The translations under genes and the position numbers were made by a program. From IMG/VR virus record IMGVR_UViG_3300035492_000019, positions 1-25,075 of that record: a stretch of DNA of 25,075 bases, one strand, 5' to 3'. The notes under the pieces were generated by a model, which saw only the letters and a program-made list of their open reading frames with translations, ran no database searches and was not told the origin of the DNA. Source of the stretch: a virus (lineage: Duplodnaviria; Caudoviricetes). The first letter of the stretch is position 1. Each line of letters begins with the position of its first letter. Positions 23,777 through 25,075 of this stretch are shown here, piece by piece.

Positions 23777-24248
23777 ATGTTACGTTTGTGATCTCGCCTG
23801 TAGATTCATCTACCACCCCTTCTGCACCAATAGAAACACCACCAACGATTCCTGCTTTCTTCAATTTCCACAGACACTCATCGTTATATTTCAATTTAGC
23901 AATCCATGTACCTGCTTTGATCTTCTCCCCCGTTCGCTCTACAATGACATCCAATTCTTTTTGAATCCATGTATCAACAATAGAGAAAGATTCAGTGTCT
24001 TGCAGGTGGAATAGATTTGATTTAACAATCCCTTTTTCAAGATATGTGTTAAAATTCTCACAAGCATCAATGAGGGTGTCTTGAGACATCCATTGTCCAT
24101 GAGCATCTTTAACCAGAGGCTCATAAACCACTTCAAAAGAAATCATTTCCTCTTCTGGAAGATTATCTACCACATCTTTACCACTTTCTTCTGAAAACAA
24201 TCCATATTCTTTAAGAAGGCTTTTAAGAGCCTTTGTAAAGTCTTTCAT
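23748..24248 (-). CDS. XkdF-like putative prohead serine protease
   Basis: VVYEP...DAHGQWMS, NLFH, IKAGTW and W...KAG..GGVSIG motifs; follows the portal. Confidence 0.8.
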   Translation of the reverse strand: MKDFTKALKSLLKEYGLFSEESGKDVVDNLPEEEMISFEVVYEPLVKDAHGQWMSQDTLIDACENFNTYLEKGIVKSNLFHLQDTESFSIVDTWIQKELDVIVERTGEKIKAGTWIAKLKYNDECLWKLKKAGIVGGVSIGAEGVVDESTGEITNVTFDGGEDSAS

Positions 24249-24257
24249 AAGCCTCCT

Positions 24258-25075
24258 TTAATTTTCTAAGTTTGCGGTGGAATTATCACGAGTTTCAAGC
24301 GTGTTTTCATCAGCCGTAAAACTGTCACCAGATGTTGATGTATATCCAGTCATAGAAGCCCTTACATCCTCAATGGGCGTATCAGGATCGTTGAAAGGAA
24401 TAGGCATACCTGCTTGCTCTGCAACCCAATTAGCTGTAATAGCATCATTCTTGAGCATACCTGCTGCCGCAACACGTTGAACAAACTTCCCAATTTCATC
24501 AAGAGAATTCTCATCTGTCTTGATAAAATCAAAGTATGGAAGAACGCTTACATCCCATCCGTTCAACATAAACAGTTGTGGGATGAGGTCATGATTTAAT
24601 TGGTCACGCAACTCTTTCAAACGAGCATTGATTACTGTTTGTGTCAAGTCTTTAAGGTTTTCTGCAAGAGCAAATGAACCACTCCCATCTTGTCCAAGAG
24701 TGAGCATAGGGCAGAGAAGTCCAGTCACCAATTCTTTCCGATAGCGCAAAATGACTTTATCTACATCGTGCGCTTGAACACCCATCACTGATTTCAATTC
24801 AAAATCAAATAATGGCTTACCATTTTCGTCATACGCTGTAGGAAGTAATACACCTGATTGCTCACCAGCATGAAGGCTTCTTAGAATCTCTCTAAATGCT
24901 TCTGCTGTTTGCTTCTCATCTTCTGTTGCATCTTCAGATAAATAACGTGGTGGGATTTTAATCACTTTCAATCCACGTAAATCTTGTGCAATAGATGTAG
25001 ACTCATACTTTTCTAATTGCGTCTTGAACCTCCATGCAGTGTAAACTGAATTAAGAGGTGATGTTCCAATAGGGC
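24258..25075 (-). CDS. Portal protein (3' part; 5' end outside the window)
   Basis: Frame open to the window edge (PIGTSPLNSVYTAWRFK...DLRGL); LGQDGSGSFALAE and LNHDLIPQLF.LNGW motifs. Confidence 0.88.
   Translation of the reverse strand, partial: PIGTSPLNSVYTAWRFKTQLEKYESTSIAQDLRGLKVIKIPPRYLSEDATEDEKQTAEAFREILRSLHAGEQSGVLLPTAYDENGKPLFDFELKSVMGVQAHDVDKVILRYRKELVTGLLCPMLTLGQDGSGSFALAENLKDLTQTVINARLKELRDQLNHDLIPQLFMLNGWDVSVLPYFDFIKTDENSLDEIGKFVQRVAAAGMLKNDAITANWVAEQAGMPIPFNDPDTPIEDVRASMTGYTSTSGDSFTADENTLETRDNSTANLEN

Overview
This window is the virion morphogenesis and lysis region of a tailed myovirus, transcribed on the minus strand. Gene order and protein motifs resemble PAK_P1/KPP10-type phages; that is recognition from memory, with no search run. 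In transcription order: portal (partial), prohead protease, scaffold, decoration, major capsid, head-tail and neck proteins, sheath, three tube paralogues, tail chaperones with a -1 frameshift, tape measure, baseplate, tail fibre, tyrosine recombinase, fibre chaperone, SAR endolysin, holin and spanins. Five points stand out. (1) A compact two-state tail-fibre tip inversion switch (4399-4883) beside an Rci-like tyrosine recombinase; the two alternative C-termini sit tail-to-tail and share their last codons through a 14-bp palindrome. (2) The tape measure gene is split by two group I introns around a 60-nt exon; one encodes an HNH endonuclease and has a P5abc-like extension. (3) A free-standing endonuclease-like gene appears to have inserted into the 3' end of the baseplate spike gene and duplicated its C-terminus. 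(4) A 44-aa ORF looks like the deletion scar of a second tail fibre plus chaperone. (5) Several small genes are missing from the ORF track.
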